Shown in pieces: positions 1 through 8,498 of a stretch of 32,000 bases of DNA. Source of the stretch: an uncultured archaeon (lineage in GTDB: Archaea; Micrarchaeota; Micrarchaeia; Micrarchaeales; CABMGC01); the NCBI GenBank assembly GCA_963704435.1, contig OY969902.1:300001-332000 (forward strand), read 5' to 3'. Made by a program: the position numbers and the translations under genes. Positions within the stretch are counted from its first letter, which is position 1. Each line of letters starts with the position of its first letter. The notes below the pieces were generated by a model. That model was given only the letters and a program-made list of their open reading frames with translations. It made no database searches and was not told where the DNA came from.

Positions 1-137
1 ACTATCTGAAGGAAAGGATAAAACGGTATCGAAACGCGAACCCGCGGCTTTGTTCATCAAACCCATTCGGAGCAGCATCGGATTTTTCCGAGCGAATCGG
101 TTAAATACATTGGTTTCCAAGCAATTGGCAGAGCTAC

Positions 138-1256
138 ATGGCAAAGGAATGGAGGGTTACGCCCTACGACGTCGAAGGCAATGTCGACTACGACATATTC
201 GCGAAGGACTTCGGCATAAGCCTGATAGACAAGAAGCTCGAGGACAGGATCAGGAAGATCGCGGGCGGGACGCACCACCTGCTTAGGAGGCGGATCTTCT
301 ACGCGCACAGGGACCTCGGCTGGCTGCTTGACGAGTACGAGAAGGGCAACAAGTTCTACCTGTACACAGGCATAGCGCCCAGCGGCTCCATGACCCTCGG
401 CCACCTCATACCCTTCATGTTCACGCAGTGGCTGCAGGAGAAGTTCGGTGCGGAGGTCTACATCCAGATACCTGACGAGGAGAAGTTCCTGGCTAAGAAG
501 GGGCTGAGCCTCGAAGAGGTGCACAAGCTGGCCTACGAGGACGCGCTGAACATAATGGCGCTGGGCTACGACCCGAAGAAGACCAGGATATTCTTCAACA
601 CGGACTATGCGAAGACGCTGTACAAGCACGCCGTGCGCACCGCGAAGCACATAACCTTCTCTATGATAAAGGATGCGTTCGGGTTCACCAACGAGACGAA
701 CGTGGGCTCGCTGTTCTACACGAGCATGCAGGCGGTGCCGGCATTCCTGAAATCAGTGGAGGAGGGCAAGAACGTCCCGTGCCTGATACCGCTCGCGATA
801 GACCAGGACGTGCACTTCAGGGTAGCGCGCGACGTGCTCCCGAAGCTCGGCTACTACAAGCCCGCGATAGTGCACGCGAAGTTCCTGCCGGGCCTGGACG
901 GCAGGCCGAAGATGTCGGCGAGCGACCCTAACAACACGATATACCTGGACGACGCTCCGGACGTCGTGAAGAAGAAGGTCTACCGCGCGATAACCGGCCA
1001 GCAGCCGACCGCCGAGCTGCAGCGCAAGCTCGGTGGGAACCCAGACAAGTGCGCGGTCTGCCAGTATTACCGCTTCCTGTTCGAGCCGGACGACAGGAAG
1101 CTCGAGAAGATATTCGAATCCGAGAGGAACGGCACCCTGCTCGCGGGCGAGCACAAGGCGGACCTCAACGACAGGATCAACAGGTTCCTAGTTGAGCACA
1201 GGAAGAAGAGGGAAAGGTTCAGGGAAAAATTGAAAACTTGCATCGTAAGCGATTGA
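138..1256 (+). CDS. trpS: tryptophan--tRNA ligase
   Basis: 372 aa ORF; TGIAPSGSMTLGHLIPFMFTQWLQ (HIGH-region equivalent) and KMSAS motif in GRPKMSASDPNNTIYLDD; archaeal/eukaryal TrpRS-like. Confidence 0.93.
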   Translation: MAKEWRVTPYDVEGNVDYDIFAKDFGISLIDKKLEDRIRKIAGGTHHLLRRRIFYAHRDLGWLLDEYEKGNKFYLYTGIAPSGSMTLGHLIPFMFTQWLQEKFGAEVYIQIPDEEKFLAKKGLSLEEVHKLAYEDALNIMALGYDPKKTRIFFNTDYAKTLYKHAVRTAKHITFSMIKDAFGFTNETNVGSLFYTSMQAVPAFLKSVEEGKNVPCLIPLAIDQDVHFRVARDVLPKLGYYKPAIVHAKFLPGLDGRPKMSASDPNNTIYLDDAPDVVKKKVYRAITGQQPTAELQRKLGGNPDKCAVCQYYRFLFEPDDRKLEKIFESERNGTLLAGEHKADLNDRINRFLVEHRKKRERFREKLKTCIVSD

Positions 1257-1269
1257 TTCGGGACTTCCT

Positions 1270-1878
1270 ATGTCTAATTCGACCACCATCAAGACATATG
1301 ACCTTGCGGCGGAATGGTACGCCGAAAACCACTGGAACATGGGGAAACGGTTTGAAAGATATTACGGCGAAGTGCTTAAAATCCTGAAAAAAGGCTCCTT
1401 GATACTTGATGCGGGGTGCGGCCCTGGAAGGGATGTTTTGTATTTTCTCAATAAAGGGTACAGAGTAATCGGAGTGGATGCGTCTGAGGGCATGATCAGG
1501 GAAGCGAAAAAAAGAGCGCCTGAGGGGACCTTCCTGAAGATGGATATTGAAAAGCTCAGATTTGAAAAGAATACCTTTGATTGCGTGTGGGCTTGCGCAA
1601 GCGTATTGCATGTGCGCAAATCGGGAATCGCGAAAGTGCTCAAGGGATTCAAGAAAGTGCTAAAAAGAGAGGGCATCTTGTTTATTACCGTGAAGAAGGG
1701 AATTGGGGAGAAGATTAAAATCTATCCCAATGGAACGAAAAGATTCTTTGCATATTACGCTAAAGGGGAATTGGAAGGGCTCCTGAGAAATGCTGGATTC
1801 AGAAAAATCAGGGGTTATCTGGATAAGGATGAGAATGGGGATGTTTGGATAAATTATTTGGGTCGGAAGGAAAAGTGA
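1270..1878 (+). CDS. class I SAM-dependent methyltransferase
   Basis: 202 aa; motif I ILDAGCGPGRDVLYF, acidic VIGVDAS, later FDCVWACASVLHV. Confidence 0.85.
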   Translation: MSNSTTIKTYDLAAEWYAENHWNMGKRFERYYGEVLKILKKGSLILDAGCGPGRDVLYFLNKGYRVIGVDASEGMIREAKKRAPEGTFLKMDIEKLRFEKNTFDCVWACASVLHVRKSGIAKVLKGFKKVLKREGILFITVKKGIGEKIKIYPNGTKRFFAYYAKGELEGLLRNAGFRKIRGYLDKDENGDVWINYLGRKEK

Positions 1879-1891
1879 AGGAGATGTTTGT

Positions 1892-2866
1892 ATGCTCGTA
1901 ATCGGGATAGAAAGCACAGCCCACACGTTCGGGGTCGGCGTAGTCTCAGGAGGCCGCATGCTCGCTAACGAGAAGGCGATGTATGACGTAGGGAAGAGGG
2001 GCATGATTCCCGCGAAGGTTGCGGAATTCCATGCGAAGAACGCAGGCGATGTTCTAGAGCGCGCGGTCGAGAGCGCGGGAATAAGGCTCTCCGACGTGCA
2101 GGGCGTTGGTTATGCGATGGGTCCCGGGCTAGGCCCATGCCTCCAGGTCGGCCAGCTCGCCGCGAAGACGCTCGCTGCCAGGCTCGGCGTGGGCATAGCC
2201 CCCGTGAACCACGCGGTCGCGCACGTCGAGATAGCCAAGATTGCAGCTGGACTGAAGGATCCCCTCGCGCTCTACGTTAGCGGCGGAAACTCCCAGATAC
2301 TCAAGCTGACCGATACGCCGTACAGGCACTACCGCATTCTCGGCGAGACTTTCGACATAGGAATCGGCAACATGCTCGATTCATTCGCGAGGTCCGCTGG
2401 GCTGAAGCCGGCGTGGGGCTCGACGGTCGCGAAGTTCGCGGAGGGCGGGAGCTACGTGGAGATGCCGTACACGGTAAAGGGGATGGACTTCGCGTTCACG
2501 GGGCTGCTCACCAGGGCGGCGGAGCTCGCGCAGAGCGAAAGGATAGGGGATGTTTGCTACTCCCTGCAGGAGACCGCGTTCGCCATGCTCTGCGAGGCCA
2601 CCGAGAGGGCGCTGCTCCTCACCGGCAGCAGGGAGCTCTGCATCTGCGGCGGAGTCGCGCAGAGCAAACGCCTTAGGGAGATGCTCATGCGGGTGTGCGA
2701 AGAGCACGGGACGAGATTCGGATGTGCGAGCAATGAACTCAACGCTGACAACGGCGCCATGATAGCGGTTGTGGCCGAGAGGGCGTTGAGCAGGGGCCGC
2801 GGCGCGAAGCTTGGAGAGTGCGGCATACGGCAGAGGTACAGGATCGACGGCGCGGTGGTGCTATGA
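1892..2866 (+). CDS. kae1: KEOPS subunit Kae1 (tRNA t6A threonylcarbamoyltransferase)
   Basis: 324 aa; GIESTAHTFGVGVV, NHAVAHVEIA (metal-binding HxxxH), SGGNSQ, GETFDIGIGNMLDSFARSAG. Confidence 0.95.
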   Translation: MLVIGIESTAHTFGVGVVSGGRMLANEKAMYDVGKRGMIPAKVAEFHAKNAGDVLERAVESAGIRLSDVQGVGYAMGPGLGPCLQVGQLAAKTLAARLGVGIAPVNHAVAHVEIAKIAAGLKDPLALYVSGGNSQILKLTDTPYRHYRILGETFDIGIGNMLDSFARSAGLKPAWGSTVAKFAEGGSYVEMPYTVKGMDFAFTGLLTRAAELAQSERIGDVCYSLQETAFAMLCEATERALLLTGSRELCICGGVAQSKRLREMLMRVCEEHGTRFGCASNELNADNGAMIAVVAERALSRGRGAKLGECGIRQRYRIDGAVVL

Positions 2867-3456
2867 GAAAGCTCAGCGAGGGCGCGGAGGCGAAGATATT
2901 CGAGACCGTGGTCTTCGGAAAGAGCGCGGTGGTGAAGGTCAGGCAGGAGAAGAAGTACCGGATCGCGGAGCTTGATGTCGCGCTAAGGAAAGCCAGGACC
3001 AGGAGCGAGGCCAGGCTCATGCACAAGGCGTTCGTGTGCGGAGTGCGGACCCCGAGGATAATCGCGCTTGGGAAGTTCTCTATATTCATGGAGAGGCTGC
3101 ATGGGAGACTGCTGAAGGACTGCAGTCCAAGCGCGACTGATTACAGGGAGATAGGCGGCCTGCTGGCGAGGATGCATAATGCAGGAATAATCCACGGCGA
3201 CTTCACTCCCGCGAACATAATGCTCTGCGGAGGAAGGCCCTACGTGATAGACTTCGGGCTTGCCGGGGATAGTGGCAGCGAGGAAGAGAAGGCGATAGAC
3301 CTGCTGCTGATGAAGAGGTCGGTGCCGGAGAAGGAATACCTGGCCTTCGAGAAGTCGTATGCAAAGGAAGGGACCGGATCGAGGGGAACGCTCGGAAGGC
3401 TTGCCGAAGTCGAGAAAAGGGGGCGGTACCAGGTGCGGACGCTGACCCAGCTTTAG
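2863..3456 (+). CDS. bud32: KEOPS subunit Bud32 (atypical Ser/Thr kinase)
   Basis: LSEGAEAKIF glycine-loop, IIHGDFTPANIML catalytic loop, VIDFGLAG. Start placed at ATG 2863, overlapping the kae1 stop (ATGA), rather than the ORF-track start 2818. Confidence 0.93.
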   Translation: MRKLSEGAEAKIFETVVFGKSAVVKVRQEKKYRIAELDVALRKARTRSEARLMHKAFVCGVRTPRIIALGKFSIFMERLHGRLLKDCSPSATDYREIGGLLARMHNAGIIHGDFTPANIMLCGGRPYVIDFGLAGDSGSEEEKAIDLLLMKRSVPEKEYLAFEKSYAKEGTGSRGTLGRLAEVEKRGRYQVRTLTQL

Positions 3457-3565
3457 GTCCGCTTCGACCTGGCATCTCGGGTGCGAGTCCATCAGGCCGA
3501 GACCGGCGATGCGCCGGCCTCTGCCAGCAAGATCGAGCCCTACAATCCGCGCAGATGCGGGTCCG

Positions 3566-3640
3566 CTACAGTTCGCCGACCCTTCTCTTCTGCGATCTCT
3601 TCATCCTCTTCCTTCGCTTCTTTACCCATTTCCAGCGCAT
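3566..3640 (-). CDS. rpl41e: ribosomal protein eL41-like micro-ORF (24 aa)
   Basis: Manual translation: [24 protein letters not shown]. Matches the eukaryotic/archaeal L41e pattern MRxKWxKKRxRRLKR from the first residue. Not in the supplied ORF track. Confidence 0.72.
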   Translation of the reverse strand: MRWKWVKKRRKRMKRSQKRRVGEL

Positions 3641-3771
3641 CTTTCCCTTCTTCTTCCACTTTCTAGGTATGCTTCCCAAGTAGGCACCAATTAAGTTTAA
3701 TATGCTGATTTGCTATGCTAATCTTAATTAATTGCACCTTTATATTAATGTTCTAGTCGAGGAGTGTTTGG

Positions 3772-4563
3772 ATGCAAAAGGCAATTGTCGCCTATCTTGT
3801 GATACTTGTGCTGATGGTGATAGCGTCATTGTTCCTTGCGGGAGTCGGGTTCTTCAAGCCGGCCACCAAGCCGATAACCGTCATCACGACGCTGCAGAGC
3901 AGCAGCACGACGACGGCGCCTCAGGTCGTGAAGGGCGCTACTACGACCGTAAGCGCGTCGACGACGATAAGCCTTCCTACCACCTCGATATACCTGAGCA
4001 GCTGTCAGTCCAAGAACGCGACGGCGAAGATCCCTAACGGAAACTTCTCCACGGGCACATATGCAGGATGGAACGTGAGCGGAGCGGGCTTCGGGAGCGT
4101 GCCGTTCAACATAATATACGCAAACAACAATACGATAAACGGCTACTACGGATCTCCGTGGAGCGACTATTCGGGCACGTTCTTCGCCACCACCTTCCAC
4201 GGCGGGCTGTCGCTGCAGCCGGGCAACCTGACCTCGAACACCTTCGAGGTGACGGAGCCGTACCTGAACTTCAGGGTGCTGTCCCCCCAGAGCGACCTCC
4301 TGTATGTCGAGATACTGAACCACGGCAAGCCAGCGATAGTCGTGCACTACAACACGTACGTTATCGCGAACGCAACGAACGCTTTCGCGAACGCTAGCAT
4401 ACCGCTAACGACCCTCCTATGCCAGAACGTGAGCGTGCGACTCTACGCCGACGCTGTCGGCCCGGTGCAGAACCTGGACTACATAGCCGCGGGAGACTTC
4501 TATCTGGGAACGTCCGCGGTTTCGACGCCAGGCATAGCCTCGATAAACTTCACTACCCACTAG
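3772..4563 (+). CDS. secreted/membrane-anchored surface protein, hypothetical
   Basis: 263 aa; N-terminal hydrophobic segment AIVAYLVILVLMVIASLFLAGVGFF, Thr/Ser-rich linker, many N-x-S/T sequons. Confidence 0.7.
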   Translation: MQKAIVAYLVILVLMVIASLFLAGVGFFKPATKPITVITTLQSSSTTTAPQVVKGATTTVSASTTISLPTTSIYLSSCQSKNATAKIPNGNFSTGTYAGWNVSGAGFGSVPFNIIYANNNTINGYYGSPWSDYSGTFFATTFHGGLSLQPGNLTSNTFEVTEPYLNFRVLSPQSDLLYVEILNHGKPAIVVHYNTYVIANATNAFANASIPLTTLLCQNVSVRLYADAVGPVQNLDYIAAGDFYLGTSAVSTPGIASINFTTH

Positions 4564-4579
4564 CCGGAAGCGGAAGGGA

Positions 4580-5068
4580 TCACTGCGGGCCCGGCTCGGA
4601 TTTCGCTTCGGCCGCGACCGCAGGGATCGCAGCTCCAGGCGCGCCTTCGTTCCGAGGCCCCTGTCCCGGCCTGCCGCCCCTCTTTCGCTGCCTTGCGACC
4701 TTCGCGTTCGCGAAGAAGATATCCGCGTCCTCTGGGCTGGTCGTTTCGATCCACGCTTTTATGTAGGTGGCTATGTTCTTGAAGGGCTTCGAGTACCTGT
4801 CAGTGAAGCTGTACGCGCCGCCCTCGTGCTTGAGTATTCCGACGCCGACCCCGAAGTCCAGGTACCTCTTCCACGTGGCCGTGGGCAGCGAGTCTCCGCA
4901 GTCCTTGAGCCTCAGCGAGCCCCTCTTCTTGACCTCGAGCAGTGCCTTCGCGAACCTGTAGGCCCTCGTCTCGTTCTCGAAGTATATCTTCGCGAGCTCC
5001 CTCACGTTCGGGCTCTTTAGCTTCTCCTTGAGGGGGGCGTCCTCGAACTCCCAGTACTTTATCGCCAT
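4580..5068 (-). CDS. hypothetical protein, possible winged-helix-like domain with Arg/Gly/Pro/Ala-rich tail
   Basis: 162 aa ORF with coherent codon usage between convergent/tandem genes; no family recognised. Confidence 0.55.
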   Translation of the reverse strand: MAIKYWEFEDAPLKEKLKSPNVRELAKIYFENETRAYRFAKALLEVKKRGSLRLKDCGDSLPTATWKRYLDFGVGVGILKHEGGAYSFTDRYSKPFKNIATYIKAWIETTSPEDADIFFANAKVARQRKRGGRPGQGPRNEGAPGAAIPAVAAEAKSEPGPQ

Positions 5069-5093
5069 GCGCTGTTATGCGCGCTTCAGGATT

Positions 5094-6416
5094 TTAAGCT
5101 TTGCCCAGCGCGCCCGCGCCGAGCTTGGAGAACTGCTTCATCAGGTTCCGGTCGTTCTTGAACTTGCTGAGGAGCTTCTTCATCTTGTTGAAATCGCTTA
5201 TGAGGCCCCTGACCTCCTTCTCGGTCGATCCGCTTCCGGCGGCTATCCGCTTGATCCGGCTGGTGCTGTTGAGCAGGGCTCCGTTCTCCCTCTCCTCCTT
5301 CGTCATCGAGTCTATTATCGCCTTGTACCTCTTGATCTTCTCCTCGCCCTGCTCCGACATGTCCTTCGGCACGTCGACCATGCCTAGCATGCCCATCACG
5401 TTCTTCATCGGGCCCATCTTGTTGAGCGCCTTGAGCTGGGTGTAGAAAGTCGCGAAGTTCAGCTCCTGGGGCTCGACCTCCTCGGGCTTCAGGTTCGCCT
5501 CCTTTATCGCCTGCTGCACGTTCGTTATGAGCGACGCTATGTCGGGTATGCCCAGCAGCCTCCCGACGAACCTCTTCGGGTCGTAGAGCTCGAGCGCGCC
5601 GAGCTTCTCGCCCGTGCCTATGAACTCTATGTTCACGTGCGCCGCGCTCACTGCGCTGAGCGCGCCCCCGCCCTTGCCCGAGCCGTCGAGCTTGGTGACC
5701 ACGACGCCGGTGAGCTTCACTGCCTCGTCGAACTCCCTGGCCTGCCTGCCTGCGACCTGGCCCGTGTCCGCGTTTATGACCAGCAGCTTCTCGTCCGGCC
5801 TGAACTCTCCGGTTATCGCCTTGAGCTCGGATATCAGCTCGGGGTCGAGGGCGTTCCTGCCGCTCGTGTCGCAGATGAGCACCTTCTTGTCCTTGAGGGC
5901 CTTCGCTGCCTCGCGCACGATCTTTCTTACGTCACGCTCGTCCTTGATGCCGAAGAAGCCCACGCCCGCCTGGCGCGCGAGGGTCTCGAGCTGCTCGTAG
6001 GCCGCGGGACGAGAGACGTCGCAGGCGATCAGCGCGCTCCCCAGGCCGCGGTCCTGGTAGAACTTCGCGAGCTTCGCTGCGGTGGTCGTCTTGCCCGAGC
6101 CATAGAGGCCGAGCAGCATTATCCTCTTCGGCCTTATCTCCGGCTCGTGGCTCTCGCCCATCAGCTTCACGAGCTCGTCGTACACGATGTTCGTTATGTA
6201 GTCCCGTGGGCTGATTCCTGTAGGCAGCTCCTCCTTAAGCGCGAGGTCCTCTATCTTCTTGGTGATGGACAGGGCGAGGGCGACATCGACGTCCGCGGAT
6301 ATGAGCGCCCTCTGCAGCCCCTTGTTGAACTCCCTTATCGTCTTGGCGTCGATAAGCGTAGCGTTGGTCAGCTTGGCGATCGCCTGCCTAAGTCCTTCTC
6401 CCAGATCCATGAGCAA
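5094..6416 (-). CDS. srp54: signal recognition particle 54 kDa protein
   Basis: 440 aa; NG-domain GTPase motifs GLYGSGKTTTAAKLA, DTSGR, TKLDGSGKGGGALS; Met-rich M domain (MGPMKNVMGMLGM). Confidence 0.96.
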   Translation of the reverse strand: MLMDLGEGLRQAIAKLTNATLIDAKTIREFNKGLQRALISADVDVALALSITKKIEDLALKEELPTGISPRDYITNIVYDELVKLMGESHEPEIRPKRIMLLGLYGSGKTTTAAKLAKFYQDRGLGSALIACDVSRPAAYEQLETLARQAGVGFFGIKDERDVRKIVREAAKALKDKKVLICDTSGRNALDPELISELKAITGEFRPDEKLLVINADTGQVAGRQAREFDEAVKLTGVVVTKLDGSGKGGGALSAVSAAHVNIEFIGTGEKLGALELYDPKRFVGRLLGIPDIASLITNVQQAIKEANLKPEEVEPQELNFATFYTQLKALNKMGPMKNVMGMLGMVDVPKDMSEQGEEKIKRYKAIIDSMTKEERENGALLNSTSRIKRIAAGSGSTEKEVRGLISDFNKMKKLLSKFKNDRNLMKQFSKLGAGALGKA

Positions 6417-6467
6417 ACCCGCAAAGAGTAAGAATAAATAAAGGTCTTAAGGAATATATATGCGCAT

Positions 6468-6545
6468 GGGCTCGTAGCTCAGCCTGGTCAGAGCGGCGGT
6501 CTTATAAGCCGTAGGTCGTGAGTTCAAATCTCACCGGGCCCACCA
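6468..6545 (+). tRNA. tRNA-Ile (anticodon TAT/UAU), CCA encoded
   Basis: GGGCTCG-TA-GCTC-AGCCTGGTCA-GAGC-G-GCGGT-CTTATAA-GCCGT-AGGTC-GTGAG-TTCAAAT-CTCAC-CGGGCCC-A-CCA folds as a cloverleaf; anticodon at 6503-6505. Confidence 0.94.
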
Positions 6546-6554
6546 TCAGCGCGC

Positions 6555-7115
6555 TCAAGCATGCAACTTTGGCGTGCCTCCTTTAATCCCAATGTCGCAG
6601 ACCGGAGCCCGCACGGCGGTTTTGCTTCTCTCTTCCTTCGGAGTATATACCTCAAAGCGAGCCCCGAAATCCTCGTCGCAGGACCTGAACCGCAAGTTAC
6701 GGAACCTCAACTTCGATTGCAGCAAGAATTTCAGTTCTTCCTGTTGCTGCTCCGCAGCAGAGCGGGAGACTCTGATGGATTTTCTCTTCAGATTGACTAG
6801 TTGACTGCGCAAATTGTCTAGGAGCTCGAAGCGCATATCCAGTATTCCAATTGTCTGCAATTTACCCAAATACTCAATGAATTGGTTAAATTCCATATTC
6901 TCAATTGCTTCTCCAGCCAAGTATTTCTTATTCTGGAACAGATGTATCTTCTCAACATCGCCATTTATCTTCAAAGACAGGTCCGCATCGGTAATCCTCG
7001 CTGGCGTCCAGGTCTGGTTAAAGGAAGTCTTCAGCTCGACTACAGCCACATTCTCTAATCTAAATGTTGCGTGATCAGATTCATCGGACCCATACCTGTA
7101 AGAAAGCCGCACCAC
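6555..7115 (-). CDS. hypothetical protein
   Basis: 186 aa ORF; no recognised domain. Confidence 0.55.
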   Translation of the reverse strand: MVRLSYRYGSDESDHATFRLENVAVVELKTSFNQTWTPARITDADLSLKINGDVEKIHLFQNKKYLAGEAIENMEFNQFIEYLGKLQTIGILDMRFELLDNLRSQLVNLKRKSIRVSRSAAEQQQEELKFLLQSKLRFRNLRFRSCDEDFGARFEVYTPKEERSKTAVRAPVCDIGIKGGTPKLHA

Positions 7116-7143
7116 TTCACCGATTAATATGTGCTTCTAGACC

Positions 7144-7150
7144 TATAAAT
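7144..7150 (+). promoter_or_regulatory. TATA box for a leaderless rnp4 transcript
   Basis: CCTATAAATAG centred ~27 nt upstream of ATG 7174; no upstream Shine-Dalgarno needed. Confidence 0.55.
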
Positions 7151-7173
7151 AGATTCACGTAGATTCTGATACC

Positions 7174-7497
7174 ATGAAAAACGAGGCCCTTGTGAAGCGG
7201 ATCGCCAAGTGCAGAATCGGCATCCTCTTCGGGCTTGCCGAGGAGAAGACGCTGAAGGATACCGAGGCTTCCAGGAGGCTCGCCAGGAGATACATAAGCA
7301 TCGCGAGGAAGATAAGCGCGCATTACAAGGTAAAGATTCCGAGGGAGCTGAAATACAGAATATGCAAGAAGTGCGGCAGCTTCCTGGTGCCGGGAATCAA
7401 CTGCAGGGTGAGGGTCGCAAGCGCGCACGGCTATGTCGCATATGTCTGCGAATGCGGCGGGGAGACGCACATCCACTACAAGCCGAAGGCGCAGTAG
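7174..7497 (+). CDS. rnp4: ribonuclease P protein component 4 (Rpp21/Rpr2 family)
   Basis: 107 aa; SRRLARRYISIARKISAHYKVKIPRELKYRICKKCGSFLVPGINCRVRV...YVCECGG; zinc ribbon. Confidence 0.88.
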   Translation: MKNEALVKRIAKCRIGILFGLAEEKTLKDTEASRRLARRYISIARKISAHYKVKIPRELKYRICKKCGSFLVPGINCRVRVASAHGYVAYVCECGGETHIHYKPKAQ

Positions 7498-7498
7498 C

Positions 7499-8023
7499 TC
7501 AGAGCGTGCCGAGCTCCTTGGCCATCCGCGCAACGAGCTCCCCTACCTTGTCCGAATTCGATAGCGTGAGGATGTTCTTGTCGAACACGAGGTAGTCATC
7601 GGTGACCTTGCCGTGGTAAAGCCTGACCAGGTTGGCGACATCCTCTTCGACGCGCGCAACGTTGGCGTCCCTTATGACGTTCGCCCTCGCTATGGCCTTT
7701 ATCCCGTTACCGATGCCCGCTATCAGCCGATTGCGCTCGCTGAACGCCCTCAGGAGATTGAGCAGCGGCCGGTAATCGTAGAGCCTAAGGGCGTCCAGCC
7801 CAGGCCCGTCCACCATGATTAAAGCGGAAACGTTCGCGGGATCCACGTCCGCGAGGGTCTTTTCGGGTTTTACCGTGGCGCCGTGGCATCCTTTGCACTC
7901 CTTAGAGCTGAATCCGGAGACCTCCTCGATCATGCCGTTCTTGGCCAGAAGAAGGCCAAGCGCAGATACGGTCTCGTCCTTGAAATTCGGTGGCACTATC
8001 ACAGCAACCCTAACGTCTCCCAC
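7499..8023 (-). CDS. DJ-1/PfpI-superfamily-like protein lacking the nucleophile cysteine
   Basis: 174 aa; NVSALIMVDGPGLDALRLYDYRPLLNLLRAF...LIAGIGNGIKAIA...GKVTDDYLVFDKNILTLSNSDKVGELVARM. Confidence 0.65.
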   Translation of the reverse strand: MGDVRVAVIVPPNFKDETVSALGLLLAKNGMIEEVSGFSSKECKGCHGATVKPEKTLADVDPANVSALIMVDGPGLDALRLYDYRPLLNLLRAFSERNRLIAGIGNGIKAIARANVIRDANVARVEEDVANLVRLYHGKVTDDYLVFDKNILTLSNSDKVGELVARMAKELGTL

Positions 8024-8096
8024 GCAATCGCCTGATTTATATTCAATGGAAAAAGTTAAAGGCTATTGCCTTTGCCAGCACGCTGGTCCGCAACCG

Positions 8097-8498
8097 CTAC
8101 ACTTTAGATGCGCAGAAAGCACAGCGCTTTGCTCCTATAGGTATATTAGAAAGGCATTCTGGGCATTGCTTCGTGGTCGGGGAAGCGGGGGTCTTCTTCG
8201 AAGTCATTTCTTTCATTCTGGAGACTGGTTTTACTATGAAGAAGAAGACTACTAGCGCTATAGTGATGAAATTTATTATTGCATTGACGAACGAGCCTAT
8301 CATGAACACGCTGCCATTAATCGTATAGGTCAGCGAAGAGAAATCGACATGGCCGGGAATGCCTATCAACGGCGTTATGATGTCTGTCACGAATGCCGTT
8401 ATGATGGCATTGAAGGCGACGCCTATTATCACTGCGACTGCGAGATTAATCACGTCTCCCTTCATAATGAAGTCTTTGAATTCGTCTGTCAAGGACAT
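8097..8498 (-). CDS. mscL: large-conductance mechanosensitive channel MscL with C-terminal zinc ribbon
   Basis: MSLTDEFKDFIMKGDVINLAVAVIIGVAFNAIITAFVTDIITPLIG plus second TM; C-terminus CPECLSNIPIGAKRCAFC. Start trimmed to ATG 8498. Confidence 0.9.
   Translation of the reverse strand: MSLTDEFKDFIMKGDVINLAVAVIIGVAFNAIITAFVTDIITPLIGIPGHVDFSSLTYTINGSVFMIGSFVNAIINFITIALVVFFFIVKPVSRMKEMTSKKTPASPTTKQCPECLSNIPIGAKRCAFCASKV

Noticed and set aside
57-650. 197-aa minus-strand ORF
   Set aside because: Antisense shadow of trpS with no recognisable domain.
1219-2004. Minus-strand ORFs 1219-1611, 1362-1676 and 1660-2004
   Set aside because: Overlap a clear methyltransferase on the plus strand and lack any domain signature.
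3457-3565. Possible tRNA, RNase P RNA or SRP RNA in the structured spacer
   Set aside because: No T-loop/anticodon arrangement and none of the conserved RNase P or SRP motifs that I could recognise.
6555-7115. Hypothetical gene as a tRNA-Ile-targeted integration scar
   Set aside because: It lies 10 nt beyond the tRNA 3' end but no duplicated tRNA fragment or integrase is visible; evidence is insufficient.
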